Part shown: piece by piece, positions 30,007-43,000 of the stretch | Layout of the letters: every line of letters starts with the position of its first letter | How positions within the stretch are numbered: position 1 is the first letter of the stretch | From: the human T2T-CHM13v2.0 reference genome, Homo sapiens | NCBI RefSeq assembly: GCF_009914755.1 | Contig: NC_060933.1 | Strand: one strand, 5' to 3' | DNA: 64,000 bases | Notes under the pieces: model-generated | Told to the model about the DNA's origin: nothing | What the model saw: only the letters and a program-made list of their open reading frames with translations | Database searches by the model: none | Program-made: the position numbers and the translations under genes

Positions 30007-30343
30007 TTACCAGCAGGTGGGCCGCCCACTGTGCACCCACGTGTTTGTGGGCAGCCACCTGGGCTGTGGGAGCAGCCGTGCAGACGTCTCATGCCTTTCC
30101 AACACCACTCCCCCGCCTGACCACCCCATCAACACCCCCAAATCCCACCCCCGGAAAATGCATCCTCCCCTGGGCCGAGTGGAGACCCCTGTACCGCGAG
30201 ACACCGAGCCTGTGAAGTGTCCTGGCCTGACAACTCTCGGGTGGCTCGCCTCCTCTGTGTCTGTGCCCCACCGTAGCCTCCCCGCGCGTTCCCTGCAGCC
30301 CCCCAGCTGCCACCATGGAGCACCTGGCGGCGGAACGCAGACG

Positions 30344-30580
30344 TCTAGCTCCCTTTGCTTTCCTCCTGGATAGACCTACACTCATTGCGCACACCAGCTG
30401 ACGTGCAAGGGAGCCCGCTGGCCTTTCTGTGCCCCTGCCCGTCCATGAAATTCTGGCTGAGGCTCTCCCAACACCTTCCGACGCTCTTTCGTCAAAGCCT
30501 GGAGAATAGTTACATCTCCTGGATGATCAGTCCAGAAACATGTTGCAATCGCCCTCCCTGCGGAGCCTAGAGAAGATTTG
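30344..30580 (+). other. pLAM / DUX4 exon-3-like segment running into the first beta-satellite monomer; no polyA signal
   Basis: Pyrimidine tract and GGATAG|ACCT acceptor-like site (30373/30374), then GCTGACGTGCAAGGGAGC...GAAATTCTGGCTGA...CACCTTCCGACGCT...AGTTACATCTCCTGGATGAT as recalled for pLAM. The hexamer at the ATTAAA position reads GTTGCA (30542-30547). Confidence 0.8.
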
Positions 30581-31060
30581 CATCATTTGGGTGATCAGTG
30601 CAGAGATATATCACAATGTCCCCTGTACAGAAAGCCTGGAAATTATTTACATCACCTCAGTGATCAGTGCATAGGTATGTGAGAAATCCACAGTAGGCTG
30701 AACCTATACAAGGGTTACATCACTTAGGTGATCAGGGTAGAGATGTGTGAAAATTCCTGTGTAGACATAGCCTAGACAAGCGTTACATCACCTAGTAATC
30801 AGTGCAGGGATAAGTACTAAAGCCTCCTGTAGGCAGAGTGTAGACAAGTGTTTCCACCCTGGGGTGATCAGTGCAGAGATATGTCACAAAGCCCCTGTAG
30901 GCAGAACCTTGACAAGGGTAACATCACCTGTTTGATCAGTGGAAATTTATATCACAAAGCCCCCTGTAGACAAAGCCCAGACAATTGTTACATCACCTGG
31001 GTGAGCAGTGGAGAGATCTGTCACAATGCTCCTGTAGGTAGAGCTTAGACAAGAGTTACA
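30490..31060 (+). repeat. Beta satellite, diverged transitional monomers between the pLAM-like tail and the HOR array
   Basis: About eight 68-bp monomers that do not follow the HOR monomer order. HOR-diagnostic monomers start near 31081 (CCTGTAAGCAGATCCCAGACACTAGTTGCATAACCTCGG). Confidence 0.85.
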
Positions 31061-34000
31061 TCACCTGGGTGATCAGTGTAGAGATATGTCACAATGCAAC
31101 CTGTAAGCAGATCCCAGACACTAGTTGCATAACCTCGGTGATCAGTGTAGAGATATGTCTCAAAACACCATGTCGGCGAAGCCTATACAAGAGTTACATA
31201 ATATCGGTGATCGGTGCAGTGATATGTTAACATATCCCTGTAGGCAGAGGCTAGACAAGAGTTACATCACCTGAGTGATCAATGCAGAGATATCTCAAAA
31301 TAACCCTGTAAGCAGAGCCAAGACAAGAGTTACATCACCTGCGAGATAAGTGCAGAGGTATGTCATAAATCTCACAGAAAGCAAAGCCTAGACAAGATTT
31401 ATATCACCTCAGCGAGCAGTGCACGGATATTTCCCAATGTCCCTCTAGGCAGAGCTTAGACAAGTCACATGTTCTGCGTGACCAGTGCAGAGATAAGTAA
31501 CAATGCCTCCATAGGAAGAGCCTAGAAAAGAGTTACATAACCCAGGTGACCCGTGCAGAGTGATGTCCCAACGCCCTCTGCAAGCACAGACTGGAAAAGT
31601 GTTACATCACCTGGGTGATCAGTGCAGAGATATGTCACAATGCCTCCTGTAGGCAAAGCACAGAGAACAGTTGCATCACCTGGGTAGTCAGTGCAGAGAT
31701 ACGTCACCATTTCCCCTGTAGTCAGAGCATAGAGAAGCTTTGCATCACCTGGGTGATCAGTGCAGAGATATGTCACAATGTCCCCTGTAGGCAAAGCCTA
31801 GGCAAGTGTTACATCGCGTTTGTCATCAGTTCAGGGATATGTGAAAACGCCCCTGGAGGCAGGGCCTAGACAACAGTTATATCCCCTAATGATCAGTGCA
31901 TAGATATTTCACAATACTCCTGTAGGCAGATCCTAGACAAGAGTTGAATCACCTGGGTGATCAGTGCAGAGATATGTCACAAAACTCCTGTAGGCAGAAC
32001 TTAGATGAGTTACATGACTTGGGTGATCAGTGCAAAGCTATGTCACAAAGCCCCCTGTATGCAAAGCCTAGACAATATTTACATCACTTGCGTGATCAGT
32101 GGCGAGATCTCTCACAATTCCCCAGTAGGGAGAGCTTATACAACCGTTACATCACCTGAGTGATCAGTGCAGAGGTATGTCACAATGCCCCCATAGGCAG
32201 ATACAAGACAGGAGTCCGTCACCTGGGTGATCAGTGCAGAGATATGTGAGAATTCCTGTGTAGGCTGAGCCTCGACAAGTGTTACATAACCTAGGTTATC
32301 AGTGCCACTATAAATCATAAAGCATCTTGTAGGCAGAGCATAGACAAGAGTACCCTCCCCAGAGTGATCAGTGAAGAGATGTGTCACAAAGATCATGTAG
32401 GCAGAGCCTAGACAAGAGATTCATCACTTGGTTGATCAGTTCAGAGATGTGCCACAATGTCCATGTAGGCAGATTTAAGGCAAGAGTCCATCACATGGGT
32501 GATCAGTGAAGAGATATGTACTAGTGTCCCTGTAGTCAGTGCCTAGACAAGAGTTGCCTCACCTCAGAGATCAGTGCAGAGATATGTCACAAAGCCTTCT
32601 GTAGTCAAAGCCCATACAAGGCTTACATCACCTAGGTGATCAATACAGTGAGATGTCACAAAAGTCCCTGTAGACAGAGCCTAGAAAAGAGTTACATCAC
32701 CTTGTTGATCAGTGGAGATCTTTGAAACAATGCTCCCATAGACAGAACCTAGACAAGACTTCCAACACCTGGGTGACCAGTGCAGAGATATGTCACAAAT
32801 CCCCTTGTAGGCAGAGTATAGAGAAGAGTCCCATCACCTGGGTGATCAGTGCAGTGATATTTCACAAAGCCCCTGTAGGCAGAGTGGTCAAGAGTTACAT
32901 AACCTAGGTGATCTGTGCAGAGCTATGTCAAAACGCCCCTGTAGACAGAGCCCAGATAAATGTTACATCACCTGGGTGATCAGTGCAGAGATACGTCACA
33001 ATAACACCTGTAGGTGGAGCCTAGACATGAGTTACATCACCTGGGTGATCAGTAAAGGAATATGTCACAAAGCCCCCGTAGGCCAAGCCTAGACAAGAAT
33101 TATATCTCCTGGGTGATCAGTGCAGAAATATGTCACAAACCCCTGTAGGCCAAGCCAAGACAAGAGTTACATATCCTGGGTGATCAGTGCAAAGATATGT
33201 CACAAAACCCCCTGTAGACAAATCCCAGAAAATTGTTACATCACCTGGGCGATCAGTGCAGATATCTGTCACAATCCACTTAGGCGCAGCTTAGACAAGC
33301 GTTACATCAGATGAGTGATCAGTGCAGAGATATGTCACTGTGCCCCCATAGGCAGATCCAAGACAAGAGTCCATCACCTGGCTGATCAGTGCAGAAATAT
33401 GCCACAATGCCGCCAGTAGGCAGATATAGACAAGTATTACATCACCTGTGTGATCACTTCAGAGATATGTCAAAATGCCCCTGTAGGCAGAGCCTAGACA
33501 AGAGTCTCATCACCTGGGTGATCAGTGCAGAGTTATTTCACAATGCCTCTTTTGGCGGAGCCTAGACAAAGGTTACATCACCTGGGAGATCAGGGCAGAG
33601 ATATGTCACAATGCCACCTGTAAGCAGGTCCCAGACACTAGTTGCATAACCTCGGTGATCAGTGCAGAGATATGTCTCAAATCAACCTGTCGGTGAAGCC
33701 TATACAAGAGTTACATAATATCGGTGATCGGTGCAGTGATATGTTAACAAGCCACCGTAGGCAGAGGCTAGACAAGAGTTACATCACCTGGGTGATCAGT
33801 GCAGAGATATCTCACAATAACTCTGTAAGCAGAGCCAAGACAAGTGTTACATCACCTGCGAGATAAGTGCAGAGATATGTCATAAATCTCACAGAAAGCA
33901 AAGCCTAGACAAGCTTTACCTCACCTCAGCGAGCAGTGTAGGGATAGTTCCCAATGTCGCTCTAGGCAGAGCTTAGACAACAGTCACATGTCCTGGGTGA

Positions 34001-37000
34001 TCAGTGCAGAGGTAAGTAACAATGCCTCCATAGGCAGTGCCTAGACAAGAGTTACATAACCCAGGTGACCCGTACAGAGTGATGTCACAACGCCCTCTGT
34101 ACGCACAGACTAGAAAAGCGTTACATCACCTGGCTGATCAGTGCAGAGATATGTCACAATTTCCCCTGTAGTCAGAGCATAGAGAAGCGTTGCATCACCT
34201 GGGTGATCAGTTCAGAGATATGTCACAATGTCCCCTGTAGGCAGAGCATTGAGAAAAGATGCATCACCAGGGTAATCAGTGCAGAGATATGTCACCATTT
34301 CCCCTGTAGTCAGAGCATAGAGAAGCGTTGCATCACCTGGGTGATCAGTGCAGAGATATGTCACAATGTCCCCTGTAGGCAAAGCCTAGGCAAGGGTTAC
34401 ATCGCCTTTGTCATCAGTTCAGGGATATGTGAAAACGCCCCTCAACGCAGGGCCTAGACAACAGTTATATCCCCTAATGATCAGTGCAGAGATATTTCAC
34501 AATACTCCTGTTGGCAGATCCTAGACAAGAGTTGAATCACCTGGGTGATCAGTGCTGAGATATGTCACAAAGCTCCTATAGGCAGAACTTAGATGAGTTA
34601 CATCACTTGGGTGATCAGTGCAAAGCTAAGTCACAAAGCCCCCTGTATGCAAAGCCTAGACAATATTTACATCACTTACTTGGGTGACCAGTGGCGAGAT
34701 CTCTCACAATTCCCCTGTAGGCAGAGTTTATACAACAGTTACATCACCTGAGTGATCAGTGCAGAGGTATGTCACAATGCCCCCATAGGCAGACCCAAGA
34801 CAAGAGTCCGTCACCTGGGTGATCAGAGCAGAGATACGTGAGAATTCCCGTGTAGGCAGAGCCTCGACAAGTGTTACATAACCTAGGTTATCAGTGCCAC
34901 CATAAATCATAAAGAATCCTGTAGGCAGAGCATAGACAAGACTACCCTCCCCAGAGTGATCAGTGCAGAGAGGTGTCACAAAGCTCATGCAGGCAGAGCC
35001 TAGACAAGGGTTTCCTCACTTGGTCGATCAGTTCAGAGATGTGTCAAAATGTCCATGTAGGCAGATCTAAGACAAGAGTCCATCACCTGGGTGATCAGTG
35101 AAGGGTTATGTACTAATGTCCCATGTAGTCAGTGCCTAGACAAGAGTTGCCTCACGTCAGAGATCAGTGCAGAGATATGTCACAAAGCCTTCTGTAGGCA
35201 AAGCCCATACAAGGCTTACATCACCTAGGTGATCAATACAGTGATATGTCACAAAAGTCCCTGTAAACAGAGGCTAAAAAAGAGTTACATCACCTGGTTG
35301 TTCAGGGCAGATATTTGACACAATGCCCCCATAGACAGAACCTAGAAAAGACTTCCATCACCTGGGTGATCAGTGCAGAGATATGTCACAAATCCCCCTG
35401 TAGGCAGAGTATAGAGAAGAGTCCCATCACATGGGTGATCAGTGCAGTGATATTTCACAAAGCCCCTGTAGGCAGAGTGGTCAAGAGTTACATAATCTAG
35501 GTGATCTGTGCAGAGGTATGTCAAAACGCCCCTGTAGGCAGAGCCCAGATAAATGTTACATCACCTGGGAGATCAGTGCAGAGATACGTCACAATACCCT
35601 CTGTAGGTGGAGCCTAGACAAGAGTTACATCACCTGGGTGATCAGTACAGAAATATGTCACAAACCCCTGTACGCCGAGCCTAGACAAGGATTACATCTC
35701 CTGGGTGATCAGTGCAGAAATATGTCACAAAGCCCTGTAGGCCGAGCCAAGACAAGAGTCACATCTCCTGGGTGATCAGTGCAATGATATGTCACAAAGC
35801 CCCCTGCAGACATATCCCAGAAAATTGGTACATCACCTGGGCGATCAGTGGAGATATCTGTCACAATCCCCTTTAGGCGCAGCTTAGACAGGCGTTACAT
35901 CAGATGAGTGATCAGTGCAGACATATGTCATTGTGCCCCCATAGGCTGATCCAAGACAAGAGTCCATCACCTGGCTGATCAGTGCAGAAATATGCCACAA
36001 TGCCGCCAGTGGGCAGATATAGACAAGTATTACATCACCTGTGTGATCACTTCAGAGATATATCAAAATGCCCCTGTAGGCAGCGCCTAGACAAGAGTCT
36101 CAACACCTGGGTGATCAGTGCAGAGTTATGTCACAATGCCTCCTTTTGGCAGATCCTAGACAAAGGTTACATCACCTGGGAGATCAGGGCAGAGATATGT
36201 CACAATGCCACCTGTAAGCAGATCCCAGACACTAGTTGCATAACCTCGGTAATCAGTGAGGAGATATGTCTCAAAACACCCTGTCAGCGAAGCCTCTACA
36301 AGAGTTACATAATATCGGTGATCGGTGCAGTGATATGTTAACATGCCCCTGTAGGCAGAGGCTAGAGAAGAGTTATACCACCTGGGTGATCAGTGCAGAG
36401 ATATCTCACAATAACCCTGTAAGCAGAGCCAAGACAAGAGTTACATCACCTGCGAGATAAGTGCAGAGATATGTCATAAATCTCACAGAAGGCAAAGCCT
36501 AGACAAGTTTTACATCACCTCAGCGAGCAGTACAGGTATAGTTCCCAATGTCCCTCTAGGCAGAGCTTAGACAAGAGTCACATGTCCTGGGTGATCAGTG
36601 CAGAGATAAGTAACAATGCATCCATAGGCAGAGCCTAGACAAGTGTTATATAACCCAGGTGACCCGTGCAGAGTGATGTCACAACGCCCTCTGTAGGCAG
36701 AGACTAGAAAGTGTTACATCACCTGGGTGATCAGTGCAGAGATATGTCACAAGGCGCCCTGTAGGCAGAGCATAGAGAAGAGTTGCATCACCTGGGTAAT
36801 CAGTGCAGAGATATGTCACCATTTCCCCTGTAGTCAGAGCATAGAGAAGCGTTGCATCACCTGGGTGATCATTGCAGAGATATGTCACAATGTCCCCTGT
36901 AGGCAAAGCCTAGGCAAGGGTTACATCACGTTTGTCATCAGTTCAGGGATATGTGAAAACGCCCCTGGAGGCAGGGCCTAGACAACAGTTATATCCCCTA

Positions 37001-40000
37001 ATGATCAGTGCAGAGATATTTCACAATACTCCTGTAGGCAGATCCTAGAAAAGAGTTGAATCACCTGGGTGATCAGTGCAGAGATATGTCACAAAGCTCC
37101 TGTAGGCAGAACTTAGATGAGTTACATCACTTGGGTGATCAGTGCAAAGCTATGTCACAAAGCCCCCTTGATGCAAAGCCTAGACAATATTTACATCACT
37201 TACTTGGGTGACCTGTGGCGAGATCTCTCACAATTCCCCTGTAGGCAGAGCTTATACAACAGTTACATCACCTGAGTGATCAGTGCAGAGGTATATCACA
37301 ATGCCCCTATAGTCAGACCCAAGACAAGAGTCCGTCACCTGGGTGATCAGAGCAGAGATATGTGAAAATTCCCGTGTAGGCAGAGCCTCGACAAGTGTTA
37401 CATAACCTAGGTTATCAGTGCCACTATAAATCATAAATAATCCTGTAGGCAGAGCATAGACAAGAGTACCATCCCCAGAGTGATCAGTGCAGAGAGGTGT
37501 CACAAAGCCCATGTAGGCAGAGCCTAGACAAGAGTTTCATCACTTGGTTGATAAGTTCAGAGATGTGTCAAAATGTCCATGTAGGCAGATCTAAGACAAG
37601 AGTCCATCACCTGGGTGATCAGTGAAGGGTAATGTACTAATGTCCAATGTAGTCAGTGCCTAGACAAGAGTTGCCTCACGTCAGAGATCAGTGCAGAGAT
37701 ATGTCACAAAGCCTTCTGTAGGCAAAGCCCATACAAGGCTTACATCACCTAGGTGATCAATACAGTGATATGTCACAAAAGTCCCTGTAAACAGAGGCTA
37801 GAAAAGAGTTACATCACCTGGTTGTTCAGTGCAGATATTTGACACAATGCCCCCATAGACAGAACCTAGACAAGACTTCCATCACCTGGGTGATCAGTGC
37901 AGAGATATGTCACAAATCCCCCTTAGGCAGAGTATAGAGAAGAGTCCCATCTCATGGGTGATCAGTGCAGTGATATTTCACAAAGCCCCTGTAGGCAGAG
38001 TGGTCAAGAGTTACATAACCTAGGTGATCTGTGCAGAGGTATGTCAAAACGCCCCTGTAGGCAGAGCCCAGATAAATGTTACATCACCTGGGAGGTCAGT
38101 GCAGAGATACGTCACAATACCCCCTGTAGGTGGAGCCTAGACAAGAGTTAGATCACCTGGGTGATCAGTGCAGATATACGTCACAATAACCCCTGTAGGT
38201 GGAGCCTAGACAAGAGTTACATCACCTGGGTGATCAGTACAGAAATATGTCACAATGCCCCTGTAGGCCGAGCCTAGACAAGGATTACATCTCCTGGGTG
38301 ATCAGTGCAGAAATAAGTCACAAAGCCCTGTAGGCCGAGCCAAGACAAGAGTTACATCTCCTGGGTGATCAGTGCAATGATATGTCACAAAGCCCCCTGC
38401 AGACATATCCCAGAAAATTGGTACATCACCTGGGCGATCAGTGGAGATATCTGTCACAATCCCCTTTAGGCGCAGCTTAGACAAGCGTTAAATCAGATGA
38501 GTGATCAGTGCAGACATATGTCATTGTGCCCCCATAGGCTGATCCAAGACAAGAGTCCATCACCTGGCTGATCAGTGCAGAAATATGCCACAATGCCGCC
38601 AGCGGGCAGATATAGACAAGTATTACATCACCTGTGTGATCACTTCAGAGATATATAAAAATGCCCCTGTAGGCAGAGCCTAGACAAGAGTCTCAACACC
38701 TGGGTGATCACTGCAGAGTTATGTCACAATGCCTCCTTTTGGCAGACCCTAGACAAAGGTTACATCACCTGGGAGATCAGGGCAGAGATTTGTCACAATG
38801 CCACCTGTAAGCAAACCCCAGACACTAGTTGCATAACCTCGGTGATCAGTGCAGAGATATGTCTCAAAACACCCTGTCGGCGAAGCCTATACAAGAGTTA
38901 CATAATATCGGTGATCAGTGCAGTGATATGTTAACATGCCCCTGTAGGCAGAGGCTAGAGAAGAGTTATACCACCTGGGTGATCAGTGCAGAGATATCTC
39001 ACAATAACCCTGTAAGCAGAGCCAAGACAAGAGTTACATCCCCTGCGAGATAAGTGCAGAGATATGTCATAAATCTCACAGAAGGCAAAGCCTAGACAAG
39101 TTTTACATCACCTCAGCGAGCAGTACAGGTATAGTTCCCAATGTCCCTCTAGGCAGAGCTTAGACAAGAGTCACATGTCCTGGGTGATCAGTGCAGAGAT
39201 ATGTAACAATGCCTCCATAGGCAGAGTCTAGACAAGTGTTACCTAACCCAGGTGACCCGTGCAGAGTGATGTCACAACGCCCTCTTTAGCACAGACTAGA
39301 AAGTGTTACATCACCTGGGTGATCAGTGTAGAGATATGTCACAATGCGCCCTGTAGGCAGAGCATAGAGAAGAGTTGCATCACCTGGGTAATCAGTGCAG
39401 AGATATGTCACCATTTCCCCTGTAGTCAGAGCATAGAGAAGCGGTGCATCACCTGGGTGATCATTGCAGAGATATGTCACAATGTCCCCAGTAGGCAAAG
39501 CCTAGGCAAGGGTTACATCACGTTTGTCATCAGTTCAGGGATTTGTGAAAACGTCCCTGGAGGCAGGGCCTAGACAACAGTAATATCCCCTAATGATCAG
39601 TGCAGAGATATTTCACAATACTCCTGTAGGCAGATCCTAGACAAGAGTTGAATCACCTGGGTCATCAGTGCAGAGATATGTCACAAAGCTCCTGTAGGCA
39701 GAACTTAGATGAGTTACATCACTTGGGTGATCAGTGCAAAGCTGTGTCACAAAGCCCCCTTGATGCAAAGCCTAGACAATATTTACATCACTTATTGGGT
39801 GACCTGTGGCGAGATCTCTCACAATTCCCCTGTAGGCAGGGCTTATACAACAGTTACATCACCTGAGTGATCAGTGAAGAGGTATATCACAATGCCCCTA
39901 TAGTCAGACCCAAGACAAGAGTCCGTGACCTGGGTGATCATAGCAGAGATATGTGAGAATTCCCGTGTAGGCAGAGCCTCGACAAGTGTTACATAACCTA

Positions 40001-43000
40001 GGTTATCAGTGCCACTATAAATCATAAAGAATCCTGTAGGCACAACATAGACAACAGTACCCTCCCCAGAGTGATCATTGCAGAGAGGTGTCACAAAGCC
40101 CATGTAGGCAGAGCCTAGACAAGAGTTTCATCACTTGGTTGATCAGTTCAGAGAAGTGTCAAAATGTCCATGTAGGCAGATTTAAGTCAAGAGTCCATCA
40201 CCTGGGTGATCAGTGAAGGTTTATGTACTAATGTCCCATGTAGTCAGTGCCTAGACAAGAGTTGCCTCACGTCAGAGATCAGTGCAGAGATATGTCACAA
40301 AGCCTTCTGTAGGCAAAGCCCATACAAGGCTTACATCACCTAGGTGATCAATACAGTGATATGTCACAAAAGTCCCTGTAAACCGAGGCTAGAAAAGAGT
40401 TACATCACCTGGTTGTTCAGTGCAGATATTTGACACAATGCCCCCATAGACAGAACCTAGACAAGACTTCCATCACCTGGGTGATCAGTGCAGAGATATG
40501 TCACAAATACCACTGTAGGCAGAGTTTAGAGAAGAGTCCCATCACATGGGTGATCAGTGCAGTGATATTTCACAAAGCCCCTGTAGGCAGAGTGGTCAAG
40601 AGTTACATAACCTAGGTGATCTGTGCAGAGCTATGTCAAAACGCCCCTGTAGGCAGAGCCCAGATAAATGTTACATTACCTGGGAGATCAGTGCAGAGAT
40701 ACGTCACAATACACCCTGTAGGTGGAGCCTAGACAAGAGTTAGATCACCTGGGTGATCAGTGCAGAGATACGTCACAATAACCCCTGTAGGTGGAGCCTA
40801 GACAAGAGTTACATCACCTGGGTGATCAGTAGAGAAATATGTCACAAAGCCCCTGTAGCCCAAGCCTAGACAAGGATTACATCTCCTGGGTGATCAGTGC
40901 AGAAATATGTCACAAAGCCCTGTAGGCCGAGCCAAGACAAGGGTTACATCTCCTGGGTGATCAGTGCAATGATATGTCACAAAGCCCCCTGCAGACATAT
41001 CCCAGAAAATTGGTACATCACCTGGGCGATCAGTGGAGATATCTGTCACAATCCCCTTTAGGCGCAGCTTAGACAAGCGTTACATCAGATGAGTGATCAG
41101 TGCAGACATATGTCACTGTGCCCCCATAGGCTGAACCAAGACAAGAGTCCATCACCTGGCTGATCACTGCAGAAATATGCCACAATGCCGCCAGCGGGCA
41201 GACATAGACAAGTATTACATCACCTGTGTGATCACTTCAGAGATATGTCAAAATGCCCCTGTAGGCAGAGCCTAGACAAGAGTCTCATCACCTGGGTGAT
41301 CAGTGCAGAGTTATGTCACAATGCCTCCTTTTGGCAGAGCCTAGACAAAGGTTACATCACCTGGGAGATCAGGGCAGAGATATGTCACAATGCCACCTGT
41401 AAGCAGATCCCACACACTAGTTGCATACCCTCGGTGATCAGTGCAGAGATATGTCTCAAAACACCCTGTCGGCGAAGCCTCTACAAGGGTTACATAATAT
41501 CGGTGATCGGTGCAGTGATATGTTAACATGCCCCTGTAGGCAGAGGCTAGAGAAGAGTTACACCACCTGGGTGATCAGTGCAGAGATATCTCACAATAAC
41601 CCTGTAAGCAGAGCCAAGACAAGAGTTACATTACCTGCGAGATAAGTGCAGAGATATGTCATAAATCTCACAGAAGGCAAAGCCTAGACAAGTTTTACAT
41701 CACCTCAGCGAGCAGTACAGGTATAGTTCCCAATGTCCCTCTAGGCAGAGCTTAGACAAGAGTCACATGTCCTGGGTTATCAATGCAGAGATAAGTAACA
41801 ATGCATCCATAGGCAGAGCCTAGAGAAGTGTTATATAATCCAGGTGACAGGTACAGAGTGATGTCACAACGCCCTCTGTAGGCACAGACTAGAAAGTGTT
41901 ACATCACCTTGGTGATCAGGGCAGAGTTATGTCACAAGGCGCCCTGTAGGCAGAGCATAGAGAAGAGTTGCATCACCTGGGTAATCAGTGCAGAGATATG
42001 TCACCATTTCCTCTGTAGTCAGAGCATAGAGAAGCGTTGCATCACCTGGGTGATCATTGCAGAGATATGTCACAATGTCCCCTGTAGGCAAAGCCTAGGC
42101 AAGGGTTACATCACGTTTGTCATCAGTTCAGGGATATGTGAAAACGCCCCTGGAGGCAGGGCCTAGACAACAGTTATATCCCCTAATGATCAGTGCAGAG
42201 ATATTTCACAATACTCCTGTAGGCCGATCCTAGACAAGAGTTGAATCACCTGGGTCATCAGTGCAGAGATATGTCACAAAGCTCCTGTAGGCAGAACTTA
42301 GATGAGTTACATCACTTGGGTGATCAGTGCAAAGTTATGTCACAAAGCCCCCTGTATGCAAAGCCTAGACAATATTTACATCACTTACTTGGGTGACCTG
42401 TGGCGAGATCTCTCACAATTCCCCTTTAGGCAGAGCTTATACAACAGTTACATCACCTGAGTGATCAGTGCAGAGGTATGTTACAATGCCCCCATAGGCA
42501 GACCAAAGACAAGAGTCCGTGACCTGGGTGATCAGGGCAGTGATATGTGAGAATTCCCGTGTAGGCAGAGCCTCGACAAGTGTTACATAACCTAGGTTAT
42601 CAGTGCCACTGTAAATCATAAAGAATCCTGTAGGCAGAGCATAGACAAGAGTACCATCCCCAGAGTGATCAGTGCAGAGAGGTGTCACAAAGCCCATGTA
42701 GGCAGAGCCTAGACAAGAGTTTCATCACTTGGTTGATCAGTTCAGAGATGTGTCAAAATGTCCATGTAGGCAGATCTAAGACAAGAGACCATCACCTGGG
42801 TGTTCAGTGAAGGGGTATGTACTAATGTCCCATGTAGTCAGTGCCTAGACAAGAGTTGCCTCACGTCAGAGATCAGTGCAGAGATATGTCACAAAGCCTT
42901 CTGTAGGCAAAGCCAATACAAGGCTTAAATCACCTAGGTGATCAATACAGTCATATGTCACAAAAGTCCCTGTAAAGAGAGGCTAGAAAAGAGTTACATC

